A stretch of 64,000 nt of DNA from Raillietiella orientalis (lineage: Eukaryota): positions 1,550,001 through 1,614,000 of the forward strand of contig JAYWIR010000027.1 in NCBI GenBank assembly GCA_036172245.1, in the 5' to 3' direction. The translations under genes and the position numbers were made by a program. Positions 11,701 to 25,528 of this stretch are shown piece by piece; position 1 is the stretch's first letter, and the number at the start of each line of letters is the position of its first letter. The notes beneath the pieces were generated by a model that ran no database searches, was not told where the DNA came from, and saw only the letters and a list, made by a program, of their open reading frames with translations.

Positions 11701-14700
11701 CAAGGAAGATGTTCTGCGGCTCGGAGTCACCCTCTAGACGGCATCTCCAATTTTGTTGCCATGTTCACCAGCTCGAGCTATTCTTGAAGTGCTATGGGGG
11801 CAATTCATCGGAACAACCTCGGTCGCTGGGGAGGCTGAAAGAGGGACGCGGAGCTCCTGCAACTTGCTGCCGGTATCACGACCCGAGGTCCACAGGCCTC
11901 GAGAGCCTCTCGGTGAGCCCGAAGCGGCATCCCGATGACCCCAGCTGGCGTCCAGAATGAAAGTCTCCTCCTCCCTGAGCCGATCCCCTTCTTCCAGAGG
12001 AGTAGGCTAGCTCTGCCAGCCTAGGGCGGATGACGTGGGCGTTCTCGTCAGAGGGTCGTGAAGAAAAGATGGAGACGGGACGCGGGGGTGGAGGCCGGAC
12101 GCCTGCAAGGAGCGGGATCCAGTGCCGGTGGTCAGTCGAGGAGAGGGGCGACGAGTGGGATGGATCCAGGGATGAGCCTTTGGATCCAGCTGCAGCATCC
12201 GGAGGACTGCAGCCAAGCGAAACCGGGAGGCCCCCCAGGGAAAGCCGAGAGCGCTGCAGGGAAGCGGGAAGCGTCGACCCTTCCCGTCCCATCCCGCCAA
12301 GAGGCGAAAACCGGCGCCTTCCGCCATCTCTGGTGACGTCAGCTGCCCTTCGAGATGGAGTCGGAGTCGCACTGCAGAGCAAGCCGGAGGCCAGCTGGGC
12401 GCTGGCCGCGGCGGCTCGGACGGCCATTGGGAGATGGCCGCGTGGCTGCGAAAGCCCTGGACCCACCCCACCTGGATTCCCCCAGATGGCGAGAAACCTC
12501 CCCCTCGATAAAGCCTCGGAGAGCCGGCGGCTGCGGAGAAAAAGTCCGGCACTGCCGCCAGCCCTGCCCGGTGCCAACGGAGGAAGTGTAGACACGCCAC
12601 CTGTGCGCCGGGGTCCAGTGGCGTCCCCAGATCCGCTCGGGGGAGAGACCCGGGAACCGGGATCCAGAGACAGCCCCTAAGGTGCGCGCACCCTCGGGTG
12701 GTCCTCAGGCTTCGACGGTGTCCCCGCATCGAGACAGAAAAGGGAGGGAATGACCTAACCTTCCCTCCGGCGTGTCCACTCCCTCGGCCTGGCGCCATCC
12801 TTTCGGACGGGGTGAGGCGCTCACGATCTAGCATTCTCCTGGAAACCGCAGGGTGCCCCGACCTGCCCCTGACGGCATGTGGGCCCGCCGTCTTCTCCCG
12901 CACTACGGACAAGACGACGGCCCGCTGGTCAACTCGGGGGCTCTGGGAGATGCTCGTGGGAGGTGGCGCCTGGTGAGACTAGCCCCGAGTGACTCCCTGG
13001 GATCGAAACCACCAGCTCCAAGCGGTGCTTGCAGGTTTTTCCCCGGTTCCGTGGCGGATACTTCACCCCTCTTCCCCCTCCCTGGCACCCCACTGCTGAT
13101 CCCGTGGCGTCGCTCGCTGGAGCCTCAGCGTTCCCACGGCAACGTCCCGCACGCCCTCGGTGACCCGGTGTTTGCGCTCGGTCAGGGTGCAGGGCGCGTT
13201 CCCTCAAGCGCCCACTTGTTCCACTGGTGGACGACATCCGAGACGTCTCTCTGCCAGGAGGCATCAGCTGTTCGTCCTCCTTCCCGGGGAAGGCGCCATC
13301 ACTCCAGAGAGCACCCGCCGCGGGACCTGCCCCGTTTCATGCTCTCTGGGATGTTTTCCCTCCCTCCCCCCCCCCCTTTTCTGTTCCCACCCACCTCTCC
13401 CGAGGGGCAAAGCTCCAGGAGGGGCAAGTCTTTCCAGTCCGCGCCTGGTCCGCTGCTTCTGCCGCTTGGACGCGCCCCTCTGAGGTCCGCACGGAGCACC
13501 GTCGGCGCCTTCTAGCGCTTCTAGCGCAGGAGGGCTGCAGCGCCTGGGGCATCCACATCGCCCCGGCTCTTTGGTTGCCCCGCCTTCCCCTGGAGGCATC
13601 GCGAGTCCCGGGACCACCCAGCTGCTATCCCTCTCTTCTGCCGCTCCGCTCGGATGACCTACCCTCGGTCCTGAGGCGCAGTCTCGGGAGCGGGCGGGCC
13701 GAGGAGCAACGAGCGCGCCTCTCCCTCGCCTCCTCTCTCCGCGGGAGGGGGCCGCCGCAAGGGCCCCAGTCGAACCGGCCGTTCCCGAGCAACGAGAGGC
13801 TCCGCGAGCCACCGCCGTCCTCCTTATGGCGCGCCCAATCGCCGCCGCTGCCGCTTGTTTCTTTTCCTCGGAGCAGCCTCGGCACGACTCCTGCATCCAA
13901 GAACAAAAAGGCAGGCAGATTCATCTTCTTCACGAGGCGTTGATTCCAAGGACGCCGCAGCACGCCTTCTTTTTCTTTCTTTCGTTCCCCCTCCCCTCCC
14001 CTCTCTCTCTCTCGCGCGCGGCTTTCCGCCTTCGCACTCCTCGGTTCGCAGCCTCGCGCGGCGCTGCACTCGCCCGCGGGCCCCTGCCGGCCAGCAGCAG
14101 CCCTCCCCGTGCCGCCGCGAGAGGGGGGCCTCTCCGGTCCCCCTTCCGAGGCTGCCTGCCTGCCCTTCGCTTGCGCGGCCTTGCCCGACGGCGCCCGCCC
14201 ACCTCTCTCTCCCGCGCGCGCGGGCGAGCGTCCACCTCCGACCGTGCTCCCTGGCGGGTCGACTTTTCTCAGCAGCCCTCCTCCTGCTGCTGCCCACCTC
14301 CCGCATCGTGCGCACGCGCGCATCGCACCTCCCCATTTGCCTCAGCGTTCGAGCGCGCACGCGTGTACTGCGCGCGCGAATGCTCTTCAGCCAACCTATT
14401 TATAGATTCCAATTTACAAAGAAAACGCACGTGGACCTGTCCGCCTGGTTGCGCGTCAACTTACGTGCCTTTGAACACGTGGTGTTCGATTTATGCTCGT
14501 GTACGTAAAACACTGCAAGTATTACGGGGTGGTGGGGAGACGGGTGTGTGTGGGGGGGGGGAATGCGATGCGCCCGTCTCGAGCTTCATTCCTCAATGAT
14601 TCTCGCACGGCGCGCTTTCATACGGTACATACACTTTCCTCGACGCCTCCCACGTGACGGTTTCGGACATTTATTAACGCCCTGTGTACATTTACGGCAT

Positions 14701-17700
14701 GCACAAATCAAAGCAGACATCTCCACTCTTTTTCAGGATGTATAAGCACCTAACATTTGTTTACAAACGGGATTTAGGAAGCGTGGAAGAAAGGGTTGTT
14801 CCCCCCCCCCCCACCGCCATCCGATCCCACCTGGGGAAGGACGACGCCATACGCGCGCGCGTTTGAGTATGTACAGTTTTTAATCTGTGCGTATGTGCGT
14901 GCAGTAGCGATTCATGCATGTATATGGGGCCCAAAAAAAAAAGAAAAAAAATAGGCGTGGTATGTAAGTTGAGCGAAGAAATGCGCGGTTTTCAGTTCCT
15001 CACTCGCACTTGTGTACAGAGCCTACGCGACCGTCATGTACGATCTGAGAGCATCCGCCTACAGATTCTAATTTATGCGTACGCTTACACACACGCAGCG
15101 TGCACAGATGTAAAACTATAAATCGGAACGCTCGTTTCGCAATTTCACATTTGGTGCTTTAATGATTCTTGCAAGGCCAACCTTTATTTATGCAGTTTCA
15201 CAAGATGGCAGCCAATCTGGCTCAGGAGAAGCTGAAGGGTGAAGCGCTCACGATGGAAGCGCCGAACTCCTCCGTCTTGGATTTTTAGCCGACGGGAGCG
15301 AGGGAGGATGCGGAGGAAAACGGCGATCCTCTGGGAAACACCCCCGCGGTGTTCGATCAGCGCACATGAAAGTACACATCGGCATCGTCTCTCTCCATTC
15401 CATTCAAGGAGATACTCCTCGGGCGCGCTCGGTCGGTGCATCGTCCATCGGTGGTTCGTTGCATCCAGCTCGTCACCCCGTTCCGTTGAATTCGTGTTTG
15501 TTCACATGTTTATTTATTTATTTATTTATTTATCACGTCGAACGCGACACCTGGCACAAAACGCAGCAGTACTGGAGATGGCGGAACGGAGACGCGCCTG
15601 CGTAGGCCCCGTCTACGTCACGCAGCGCTCGAAATTTATTGGCGCTGCGTCCATTCGTGGCACCCACAAATCAACGCGGGGTCGGCCGCCTGCCTCGCCG
15701 CTTTTCACGGTGTTTGCGCTTACAGCGTCCGCCGGCCGACGGGATGAAGAGGCACGGGAGCGAAGGGCCATCCCGACCTATCCGAGAGAGGGAGGGCAGT
15801 ACTTCCCTGCGCTCCCGTTCGCGCGCGGCTGCCGTCCCGCTGCGAGGGTGCCACAGACCCCCCAGAAGCACGCCCACTACGAAACCAGGGCGGGATGCGA
15901 GAGCGCTTCCGGAAACTTCCGCCTGGCGACGCCTTCCCTCCACGTATATGGGGGGGGGGGAGGCTGCTACCTTCACCTTCCCTCCCCCCCTCCTTTCCCC
16001 TCTCAAACCAAACGGACAACGGAAAGCGAGACGACGCCCCCTGCCGAAGAGACGGGCTGGCGAAACGGTCGAGGACGCGTCCCTCGCCCCGGAGGAGATC
16101 CGCACGGACTGAACGGCCGCCCCCGAAGTCCAGGGGAAAGTCGAAACGCGAAAGACGAGGGACAAGGAACAGACGAGTCGCCGCCAATCGTCGCTGGGAG
16201 GCGTCCTTGACGTAGGCGAGCGCGCCGAGCAGACTGCAGGGGGCGTCCCGTCGACGATTCCGGGACCAGCCTCGAGAGACGAAGTCCCTGCACTCAGCCG
16301 GCGCGCCGTCACGCGAGGCGCTCCCCTCCCCTTCGTCTCGCGATGACCCCCACCGGCGTCGCTGCCGTCGCTCGCTCCTCCTGCCTCGCACGCTTTCCAC
16401 CTACCCGGCGGGCAAGGGAGACTCCCGAGCAATGTGCTCCCTGCCGCCTCCCCCTTCTGAGAATGCAGATCGGGAACGAACTTTCCAGAAGGCCGTCGGC
16501 GCTAGGCGCCATTCCGGTAAGCGGACGGGGCATCCGAGACCCCCGGAGGGAAGAGCGGGGCTACTCCCGACGTCTGCCCTTCGCCGACTCTGCACGTCCT
16601 CTGCCTCCCTAGTAGACCACCGCCCGCAGCCCCCCCTCCCCTCTCCCCGATTTGTTCGCGGACTGTCTACGGAAGAAGACGCTCCCTGCAGCCGGGCTGA
16701 CGCCCATCTCCGGTGGGAACCGAACGCTAAGCAACCGCTCACTTTCGATGACGGAGGGGTGCAGCACTCCACAGCAGGACCACGTGTTCCCGACGAGCGC
16801 GCACCGAGGGGAACCTCCCCGCCAACACCGCGGGTGCGCAGCGGTCCTCCTGAGAGAAAGCGCCAACGGAGCGGGGCACTTGAGGGTGGGGCGACCCTGA
16901 CTCTCCGCGCAGAGACAGCCCGAAGACAGGTGAAGTCCCGGATGCGTTGAGCTGCGACGGTCGGTGGTCGTTCGGCTTCCCAGCAGCTAAGAGGCCGTTG
17001 CCAATCAGCCAGCACGTGCGGTGATTGAGGAGATGGCGCTTTTCCGCTCCTGATGGAACGCGGCCGCCTACTCCTGTGGCTGGGCGAGTGGGCACCGTGT
17101 GGGCGCGGCAGGCGTGGCGGCTGCTGCCTCTAGGATTGAGGGTTTCGCGGGTTGGTGCGGGGCCAGCGTTCGCGGCGCAAGCATTGAGCCACCTTCGGAC
17201 TACGGGCGGGCCGTTCAGGAGAATGCAGGAACTTCGGCCCGGGGGCGTTTCGAGGCGTCCGCGAGCTGGTGCGCCGGTTCTCCGTACCGGCTGCACCACC
17301 AGAGAGAGCTTTGCCGGCGTCACCGTCGAGTGGGCGAGCGACGAGAATCGCACGGCGCGTCGTCGCGATCCTCGGAGGGGTGATCAGTCGGCGCTTCGGG
17401 GAGCTCCGACTGGCCGGCGGGAATACCTTGGTAAAGTCGACTGTGATGAAAGTGAAGGGCGGATGATGCAATCAGCGATCTCTGAACCGATTGGTACGCT
17501 GGGCGCGAAAGGCCACGCGCTTGTGGCGCACACCCCATGCGCAGGAGCGGCCCGTGCGCGCGGCGGCTCTCTCCGTTCCGCTCGCTTCGGACCCGAGGGG
17601 TGATGGGGCTGCTCGCTGGTCCAGCGGCGACTCGAATGCTGCGGCCGAGACCTCCTTTCGGTCATCTCGCTTCTGTCCGATCGCCTTGCGCTCTCCGGGA

Positions 17701-20700
17701 GAGCGCCCCCGTCATCGGATGCTGACAACTCGCCCCGGGCAAGGGGGAATGGGTCGCTTGTCCACTGCCTTACCCGCCATTGCCCGTTGGGGAAGGATGC
17801 GTGCGATCACAGGGTCCAGGAGGCGCTGTCTGCAGACGTTCCTGCTGGTTGTGACGTCCCTCGCTCTGCTGCGGCGTCAGCGGCGCCGGAAGCGACAGGA
17901 TTTTCCCCGCTCTGCCTGAGCGCGTAGGTCTAAGCCTCCCGGCCCACGGAGAGGGAAGCAAAGGGGTTCCCCTTCGCGTGCGCCCGTATTCCTCCTGGGG
18001 ACCGCGCCGAAATTCCCTCAGGCCGAGCGCCTCGCGACGAGGGGCGTGACCCCCGGGGAGGGAGGGTGCGCCCAGTAGAGCTGTGGCCAGAACCAGGCGG
18101 GCGGTGTCTCCATGGTGACGGGCGCACCGGCTGCGGCGAAATGCATCCACCGCGTTCCCACGGCAACACGCGGGAGCAGAGGGTGTGGAGCTGGGGGGAT
18201 CAGGAGCGCAATCCCGGCATTGGCGAGAGGGGGCCGGAGGTCAGGGGGCTATGTGTGTCCTTGCCGCGGTATCTCCCCAGATGGGGTGGCCAGTCACTTT
18301 GGGCACGCCCTCCTTGAGGAGGGAAGGGGGTGACTGCGCGTCGGGTCCGAGGGTGGCACGGGTGCCTCGGACTGCCCCCGGGAACGGCGGATTCGTCTCT
18401 CCCCTTCTTCTGCTTGGGTTCTCTGGAAAGATGGGGGCACGGAGGCTGCGTCAGGACCAGCGGAGGGGTTCCTCCCATGGGAAGAAGGGGGGGAACAGGC
18501 CGCACCCGCAGAAGGCGTGCCAGTTGCCTAGAGACGGACTGCAGCCGCTTCCCGTGGAACCCCGAGGGGGAAGGCTGGTGCCGCCTGGCGCCAGAGCTCT
18601 GCAGACGCGCCCCGGACGTCCGGGAAGAGCGGAAGGGACGACTCAAGGGCGGGAGAAATCCCCAAGGTCGCGTTCAGGGCGGTGCCCCACCCAGCGCGAG
18701 GAGCACGGCAGCTGCAGGGCACGTGGACCACCACAGCTGCAGGCGCGACGACCGCGTCTCTCTGGAGACGCATGAGAAGAGTGACAGACGGAAGTGGGGC
18801 GCACGAGGTGGGGCTCTCCCCCTCGCTTCACCCGCCCAGGAATCCGTCCGTAAGGAGGGGGGAGGGGGGGAGACGCGCCCCCTGGGGCAATCTGTTGGGG
18901 CGTCCTTTGCGGGAGCTCCCTACTGGCCAGCACAGGACGGAGCGGGAGGGAGACCTTTCGACGCAGGCGCGCGCACCTCCGGGGAGTCACGAAGGGAGGA
19001 AAACTCGGGAGAAAGACGGCCGCATCCCGCACGTCGCGCGTAGCCGTTGCAAGGGAAGTGCTCCCCCCCCACCCCCAGACACCCTCCCCTACCTCCGGAC
19101 GCGCTTCATCGGCCGCCTGGGGACGCAGGTCGACGCGGAGTGGGTGGAATCATCCGAAGGGGGGAAGCGCGCATCCGCTTCCGCCTGCTCCCTTCTGGGA
19201 GGGCGAGTCATCCTTGCACGCTTGCGCAAGCTACAAGCCCTACGAGCACGCAGTAGGGAGTGGGGGCGATGCAGCGGAGGGAACCAATGGGCGCTGCCCT
19301 TGGATGGCGGTCTCAGGGGGTGACAGGCAAAAGAAGGGTTGGGGGAATTTGGACTGAGCTCGCCGTTGGCATGGATACGGAGGGAGGCGGGGCGGGGCGG
19401 GGGGAGGAAGCGCGATGGTGGACTGGGGGGTTTCTAAGGGCAACGATTCGAGAGAGTTTCTGTGGCGAGCGAGGACTAATGGGGTCGACCATGGCCGCCT
19501 AAATCTCGCCGACGGGAGGCGCGTCGGCACGGCACGCGGGCTGAGCAGAAGCCACGGAGGCTTCCTGGATCCTCCCGACGACCCCGTGCGAACGAGGTTT
19601 GCCCCGGGGGGCGACACGGAGTGTTTGCCGAAGGCCCCGAGGACAAGAGCAGCAACGGCATGGGCCGAGGGACTCAGGTTCTCTCCCGCGTGAGTCTCGG
19701 AGGGGAGAGGCGGGGGCGATGTGCCCGCAAGCCGTTCAGGGGAGCAGCGTCGCTCTGGGGCAACGAACGAGCCCCTGAAGGGAAAGAGACCCCTTTTCCG
19801 CCTTCGGGGGCAGAGAAAGAGAACCGTTCCGCCTCGCATGACCCCAGAATGCCTTCACGCCTTCCTGGGTTATGGGATGACCCCGCTGAGAGATCTCGGA
19901 AATGGTCCAGCACTGTCTCCGGCCCCTTCCCGGCTGCAGGCTTACGCGCGGTGAGAGCAGCGGCCTGATGCTCCCCTCTTCCGCGCGCGGGAAGCAAGGT
20001 CTTCGGCGACCGCCAGTAAAGCCTGCCCAGGGTCACGCAGTAGACGGTGCCTCCCGAGCGTCTCTTCGCGTCTTCGGGCGATGGACAGGGTGGCCCCTAA
20101 GAGGCGCTTCCCGTCCTCCGGGAGGAAGTGAGCTTCCGCAGGGGTCGGCGCGATCCCCATTGGCGCTCAGCCCTCCACTGGTGCTCGACCCTACGCACAT
20201 ATCGCCTCCCCCTTCGCAGGCGGCACGCGTTGTCGGGTTGCGTCGCCGGGGAAATGTGGATGGTTGCGTGAGAAGGGCAGGCGGCAGGCGAGCGGTTCTC
20301 TGCCGTGGCGCCAGAGGACGGGTGGCTTCTGAAGCGCAGGTCGCTCCTCATTCGTTTCCCTGAATCTCCCTCTACCGACGGACCGATGCGCGCCCCCGCA
20401 GAGAGCAGGGAAAGGGAAATGGCGGTGGTGTCTTGCGCGGAGGAGCTCCCTGGCGCCAGCTGGTCCGTCGCTCCGAGGTGCGGGCTCAGGACACAGGAAG
20501 AGGGAGAAGGAAAAAAGAAGGTCGTAAACACCAGAAGCTGTTGGCATGGCAACGCAACCACGTCAGCAGCAGCGGCAGTTCTCGGACCGAAGTGGCGGAG
20601 GCCCCTCGGCACTCGCGCCGCCGCCGCCGCCACAGCAGCAGTGAGCCCTTCCGGGAACGCCAAGCAGTAGCGTCCTTGGGAAGCGAGGAACCCGGAGGCG

Positions 20701-23700
20701 GAAATCGGGGCGATGTAGAACCGCTGCCACCTGGTGAACGGAGAGGAGCGAGCCAGGCATGAGCGCCAGCAGCGCCGCGTCGTCCTAATGGGGTTCCGGA
20801 AATGACCGGTGCGGGGCTCGAGAGTCGGCGCTGACCGGGGCCCGAGGGAAGAGGCGGCCGCGGCTTGCCCCCCTTGCTTGGAGGCCAGGGGGCGATCTGC
20901 CGCGCAGGTTCCTAGGAGTCGCGGAGGGAGGCTCGGAGGACGCGTCGATATCCTGTCAACGCGATCCGCGCTTCCCCCGAATGGCGAGACGGGAAGGACA
21001 ACGGGAAGCTCGCCGTCTTCCCATTGTCCCGATAGCGAGAAGCCACCGTCGGTTCTGTGAAGGTGCTGGCGCAGCAGCCAGGGGCACAAGAGGAAGGTGA
21101 TCCCACCAGGCGGCAGCATCGAGTCTCCCTCGACTCCCCCTCATCCTCTCCTCCTTTTCCTTTCCTCCTCCACCTCCCAGGTACCGGCAACCTTCCCGCT
21201 CTTCGATGCCCCGGAAAACCCGCAGCGGTCGAGTCTCCGCACAGCAACAGCGGCGGCGCACCCCCGGTCCGAGCCAGAGGCGAGATGACTCATGAGGCTG
21301 GCACCGACCTGTCCCTCTGGTCGCTGGGCGCGCCACGTCCCTAATGGAGGCGGGGCGGCACCTCTGGCCATCCGAAGGTCCCGAATGTGTCCAGAGGACA
21401 CGCCACCGGTCCAAACGCGCCCCCGGGAAGAACTCTGCCTTTGCAGGTGCGGGCGCCGGCAGGGGCCCGCGGCCCGCTAGGGCGGACCACCTGCCGCAGG
21501 AGACGCAAGGCCTCCACGACCGCCCGTATGCGTCGTCGTCGTCGCCGGGAGCGCTTCCCCTCCGTCAGGTGGCGGCAGCAGCATCGGACCGCTTGGCCGT
21601 CGCCCCTTTACCCTCCCCTGGGGCCACTCCAGGGACTGCGCCCTCCCCCCCGTCTGCTCCTGCAGAGGGGTGCGAGGGTTGGTCCAAAAGGCGGGCTTGG
21701 CTGCGACGCGGGAGTCAACAAGCAGAGTCCCGGGAGAGATCCCTCTCGCTCGCTCGTGAGATGAGAGATCCTGTATCCGACCCTGTCGTCGACTCCCCGG
21801 AGTTCTGGGTGGGCCGTGGTTAGGCAGGCCGGGGAGTGAGGCTCGATGAGCGCCGGGTGGCAGTCGCCCCCCGCGCGCTTTCCCGTCGAGGTCCCTCCGG
21901 GTGGCGTTGCTCCCCCGCCGGTGTCTGCCTCCGCGGGCGACCATGAGGAGGCGGCGAGCTACGACTTCTCGCGCAGCCGGGCACGGGCGAGTCCAGCGCT
22001 ACCAGCATCGCCCGATGGGGCTGCTGCCGCAGCACCTGCAGCCGATGTCCCGTGAGGGGGGAGGAGGGAGGGCTTGGGGAGTTGCGACCTTCCCCGAGGG
22101 CAGCGCCGTGGGCTGCCTGGTGAGGCTCGCTGCCAGCGAGATCCCCGACGCATCGGCGTCCTCCCCCAGTCTCGCCCCGAAGTCTTCAAGGTCACCTCCT
22201 TCAGAATCCGGCCCGGGGCCGATTGCCGTCCCGAGGTCCCTCTCCGGAGTGACCTCGGCGGAGACAGAGCTGCTCCAGTCGCCTATGTCGACCGGGAGAC
22301 CTCACTCTGGACCCCCCGCCTGTGCCAGCGGGGCTGCCATCCTGCGTGCAGTGGGGAACGCGCCGCGATAACGTGGGGAGGACCCCATGGAGAGTACCCA
22401 ACGCAGAATGACGGGGTGTCGCCGGGACTCCGTCTCGAGGGCCTCTCCGCGCACTCGCCCACCCTTTCGGACTCACCCGTGGGCCGTCACTCCGGAGAGC
22501 CGTGCGCGGTGGCCTCCACGCCCTTGAGGGCTGCGAGGCTCAGGGATACGAGGCACCCAATGCGCGGGCAGAGGGGCCGGAAACGCCCGTTCCTTTGTCC
22601 CCCTCTTGGGCCCTCGGGAACCACCCATCCCGTTCCCGGTTCCCTCATTCCGTGGCGCTCCCTCGAGTCCTCATCTTGTTCTGCCCCCATCCTTTTGGAC
22701 CGGTCCTTTTCCTCCTTCCCCGGCTGCGCGAATCACACTGACTCGCCAGGAACGACTCAGCGATACCGCATGCGGGGGGGAGAGGTCGCATCGACCTTGA
22801 GAAGGCCGTCGGCAAGCATCTCGAGGCCCTTTCGTGGGTGGGAAAGGCAGACGGTGACCCCCTCGCGTGTCTCGATGGCATGCATTGCACCAGAACGCCG
22901 CCGCCAAACACAGCAGCCACTCGGCGAGGTGGCAGCATGAGAGCTGCAGCTCCGCGGACGGGGCCGCAGAAGGGAAGGAGCGTCCTCAACAGAAGCAGGA
23001 AGATCCTAGCCATCCTCATCCCACCTTCCTGCTTCCCACTGCCTGCTTATATCGACGCCGTTGCTTCTGCGTGGTCACACTCTGCCCCTCCCCCCTTCTC
23101 CCAGGACTATAACTTGGGAGGTTGCCCCTGGCAACCAGACTACTTTTCCATAGCCTTCCTTGGATAGGTGGGTGCAGCAGCCCGGGAGTGGCGGTAAGCG
23201 AGGTCGCAGGGGCTTCCGGGATGTGACCTTTGGCGACCCGCACCATTAACCGGAGTCTTCCGGGAACTCTCTCTTGCCGGTGGGCCCAAGGGGCGCTTCA
23301 GGGATTCCTCAAGGCGCGCTGGCGAACGAGCGGATGTCCAGGAACACCAGCCGCCCACTGGCGTCCCCCTAGAAAAACTCCCCCGAGAAATGAGATAGCT
23401 GCTGACGCAGGAGAGCAGGCGGCCACCGCGCTTGCAACGTTGGCGTCGTCCGTGCGGTGGCGTGCATGCGAGTGGCGCGTGGGGGGTACAGTCCGGTCGA
23501 CCTTGCGCCATCATCATTCCTGGAGGAGGTGCCAAAAGACTGAATGCGCCGGAGTAGCGCGCAGGGACGGCATTCCGAGAGCCGCCGGCGAACCCTTGGG
23601 CGGCATTCCGACGACGCGCGAGAGCGCCACAGGAGTGGCGGGGGAAGGTGACCCACCTCCCCCCCCCCCATTCGCTATGGGCGCTCTTTCGGGTCGTTCG

Positions 23701-24439
23701 GGCCGACTGGGAGGAAAGGACGATTAATGCCTCCGCGGCTATTTTTAGATCCTTTGCACCTGCCCGGGATCCTCTGCGCAGAGCGGGTGCCAAAATTTCC
23801 TCCTCCTCCCCCCGTCGCCCGACGAGCAGAGCCCTGGGCAGGGCACGGTCGGGAGAGCGGAAGAGGCGGCGGACGAACACGATGTGGCGATGATCGCGAG
23901 CGACGTGGCGCTAGGGCAGCCCAAAGGAACGCGCCACTCCCATTTCCCGGAGCGTCTGCGAGGCGCCACCGCGAGGACGACGTTCCAGAGGCGCTGCGCC
24001 GCTTCCCGGATCGCTGGGGACAGCGATCTACGCCAACAGAAGGCGGACGGGAAGATACGGCAGCACCGCGATTACCGACCACCTTCCTGGGAAGACTTCT
24101 CCCTTTTCCACTCATTATCCGGGCGGCGCTGCCAGGCGACGAGTCAATGCAGCTTCCTGGAGGAAAGGGACGCGTTCGGAGAGACCAAGCGAAGGGAGCT
24201 GCACTAACTGACGAGAAGGGGCTGGAAGGATCCGTCCCAGATTCCCTGCTGGCATGGCGGCAGTGCGTGAGGGACATCCCCCACTCCCCGAGAACGAGGT
24301 GTCCGCCAGGGCCAAGGAGCAAACTGACTCTCCCACTGCCGCCGGCGGGCGGACCGCCCCTTAGTCGGCAGAACCCCCAACCCAGAAAGGCAAGGCCACG
24401 AAGCCCCGAGGGGTCCAGGGGGAGGGGAACGCTTCCTGT

Positions 24440-24651
24440 TCTTATCAAAACGTTTTTTTTTTTTTTATTTCCACAGGTCATGGAAACTCACTGGTGGCAA
24501 TAAAAACAGGCTTTATAAATAAATACGATTTGATTGGTTCCTGATCGGAGCGTCCAACAGGATTTCTCAAAGCCGCCATGGACTCTCTTGAAGACGTACA
24601 TACATATACATACATACATGTATATATATACATATATATGCGCGCGTGTGT

Positions 24652-24683
<32 letters not shown>

Positions 24684-25286
24684 TGGGAGTGGGGGTGGGC
24701 GTGTACGAGTGTACGTATGAGAGGGATCGCTTCGCAGCTTCCGCGCCGACATCGAAGTTCCAGGTACAGAAGGCAGGAGTGCCCATTAAGTAGAAGAACG
24801 GCCGTCGTCCGTGCTTTGCCCACTCATGCGACGGCGGGCCATGGGCCGGTCGCTGGCGTCGCTTGCTTCACGGGGCCGGGAGGTGGCGACGGCAGAGAGG
24901 TGGGGGGGAGGGAAGGCTGAGAGGCCACCGCCAGGGGCGCAGTTTCCGCTGACCTTGGGCGGCTGAGGAAGCGGGCGATGGGGGGGGGAGGGGGGGAGGG
25001 CAGGACGGCGACGTCCGTCTCGGTAAGGCACTATTGCACAAGGGCGGGTACGGGCAGCTCCGGGTGGGGAGTCCGCGTGGCCGAGGTCCTTGGGAGGCGA
25101 ACTGTCACGGGGCGGGGTCAGACGAACAGATCGGGAGGAGCAGACAGAGGGGAGAGAGAGACAGACAGGGAGAGAGGCAGAACGAGATATCACAGCAAGT
25201 GGAGAGCACCGTCCGAAAAACACAAACAATAAAAAAGTTAAAAAAAATAAAAGAATAAAAAAGTTAAAAAAATAAAAAACAATCCG
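24440..25286 (-). other. EcR: Putative EcR 3' UTR with AU-rich element and poly(A) signal
   Basis: U-rich tract right after the stop, (CA)n/(TA)n repeats, UAUUUAUUUAU at 24525-24515, first AATAAA seen on the minus strand at 24469-24464. Confidence 0.5.
24597..24682. repeat. Compound (TACA)/(TA)/(TG)n microsatellite in the putative 3' UTR
   Basis: Directly visible. Confidence 0.85.
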
Positions 25287-25528
25287 TCAGTTCTGTATGT
25301 CCCAAATTTCTGCCAGGAAGGGCGGCAGCTTCCTGTTCTTCAGCTTCAGGGAAAAACACATCTCGCTGTTCAGGTTGCCAAGGGTGCGCAGCTCCGTGAG
25401 CACCGACAGGAAGCGCGCGAACATGAGGCTGGACCGCGGGCGGCGGTTACTGACGTAGGAGCGGATGGCGTCGATGTAGATCTCTTGGATCTTCTCCACT
25501 TTCCGGGACTCCAGCAAATTCGGCCGCT
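25287..25528 (-). CDS. EcR: EcR last coding exon (LBD helices 9-12, AF-2, TGA stop)
   Basis: Acceptor ctgcag|AG; encodes [18 protein letters not shown]...[35 protein letters not shown]. Confidence 0.96.

Noticed and set aside
155..24400. Numerous overlapping 60-350 aa ORFs downstream of EcR
   Set aside because: Arg/Pro/Gly/Ser-rich low-complexity translations in all six frames, expected at this GC content; no recognisable domains or consistent splice structure
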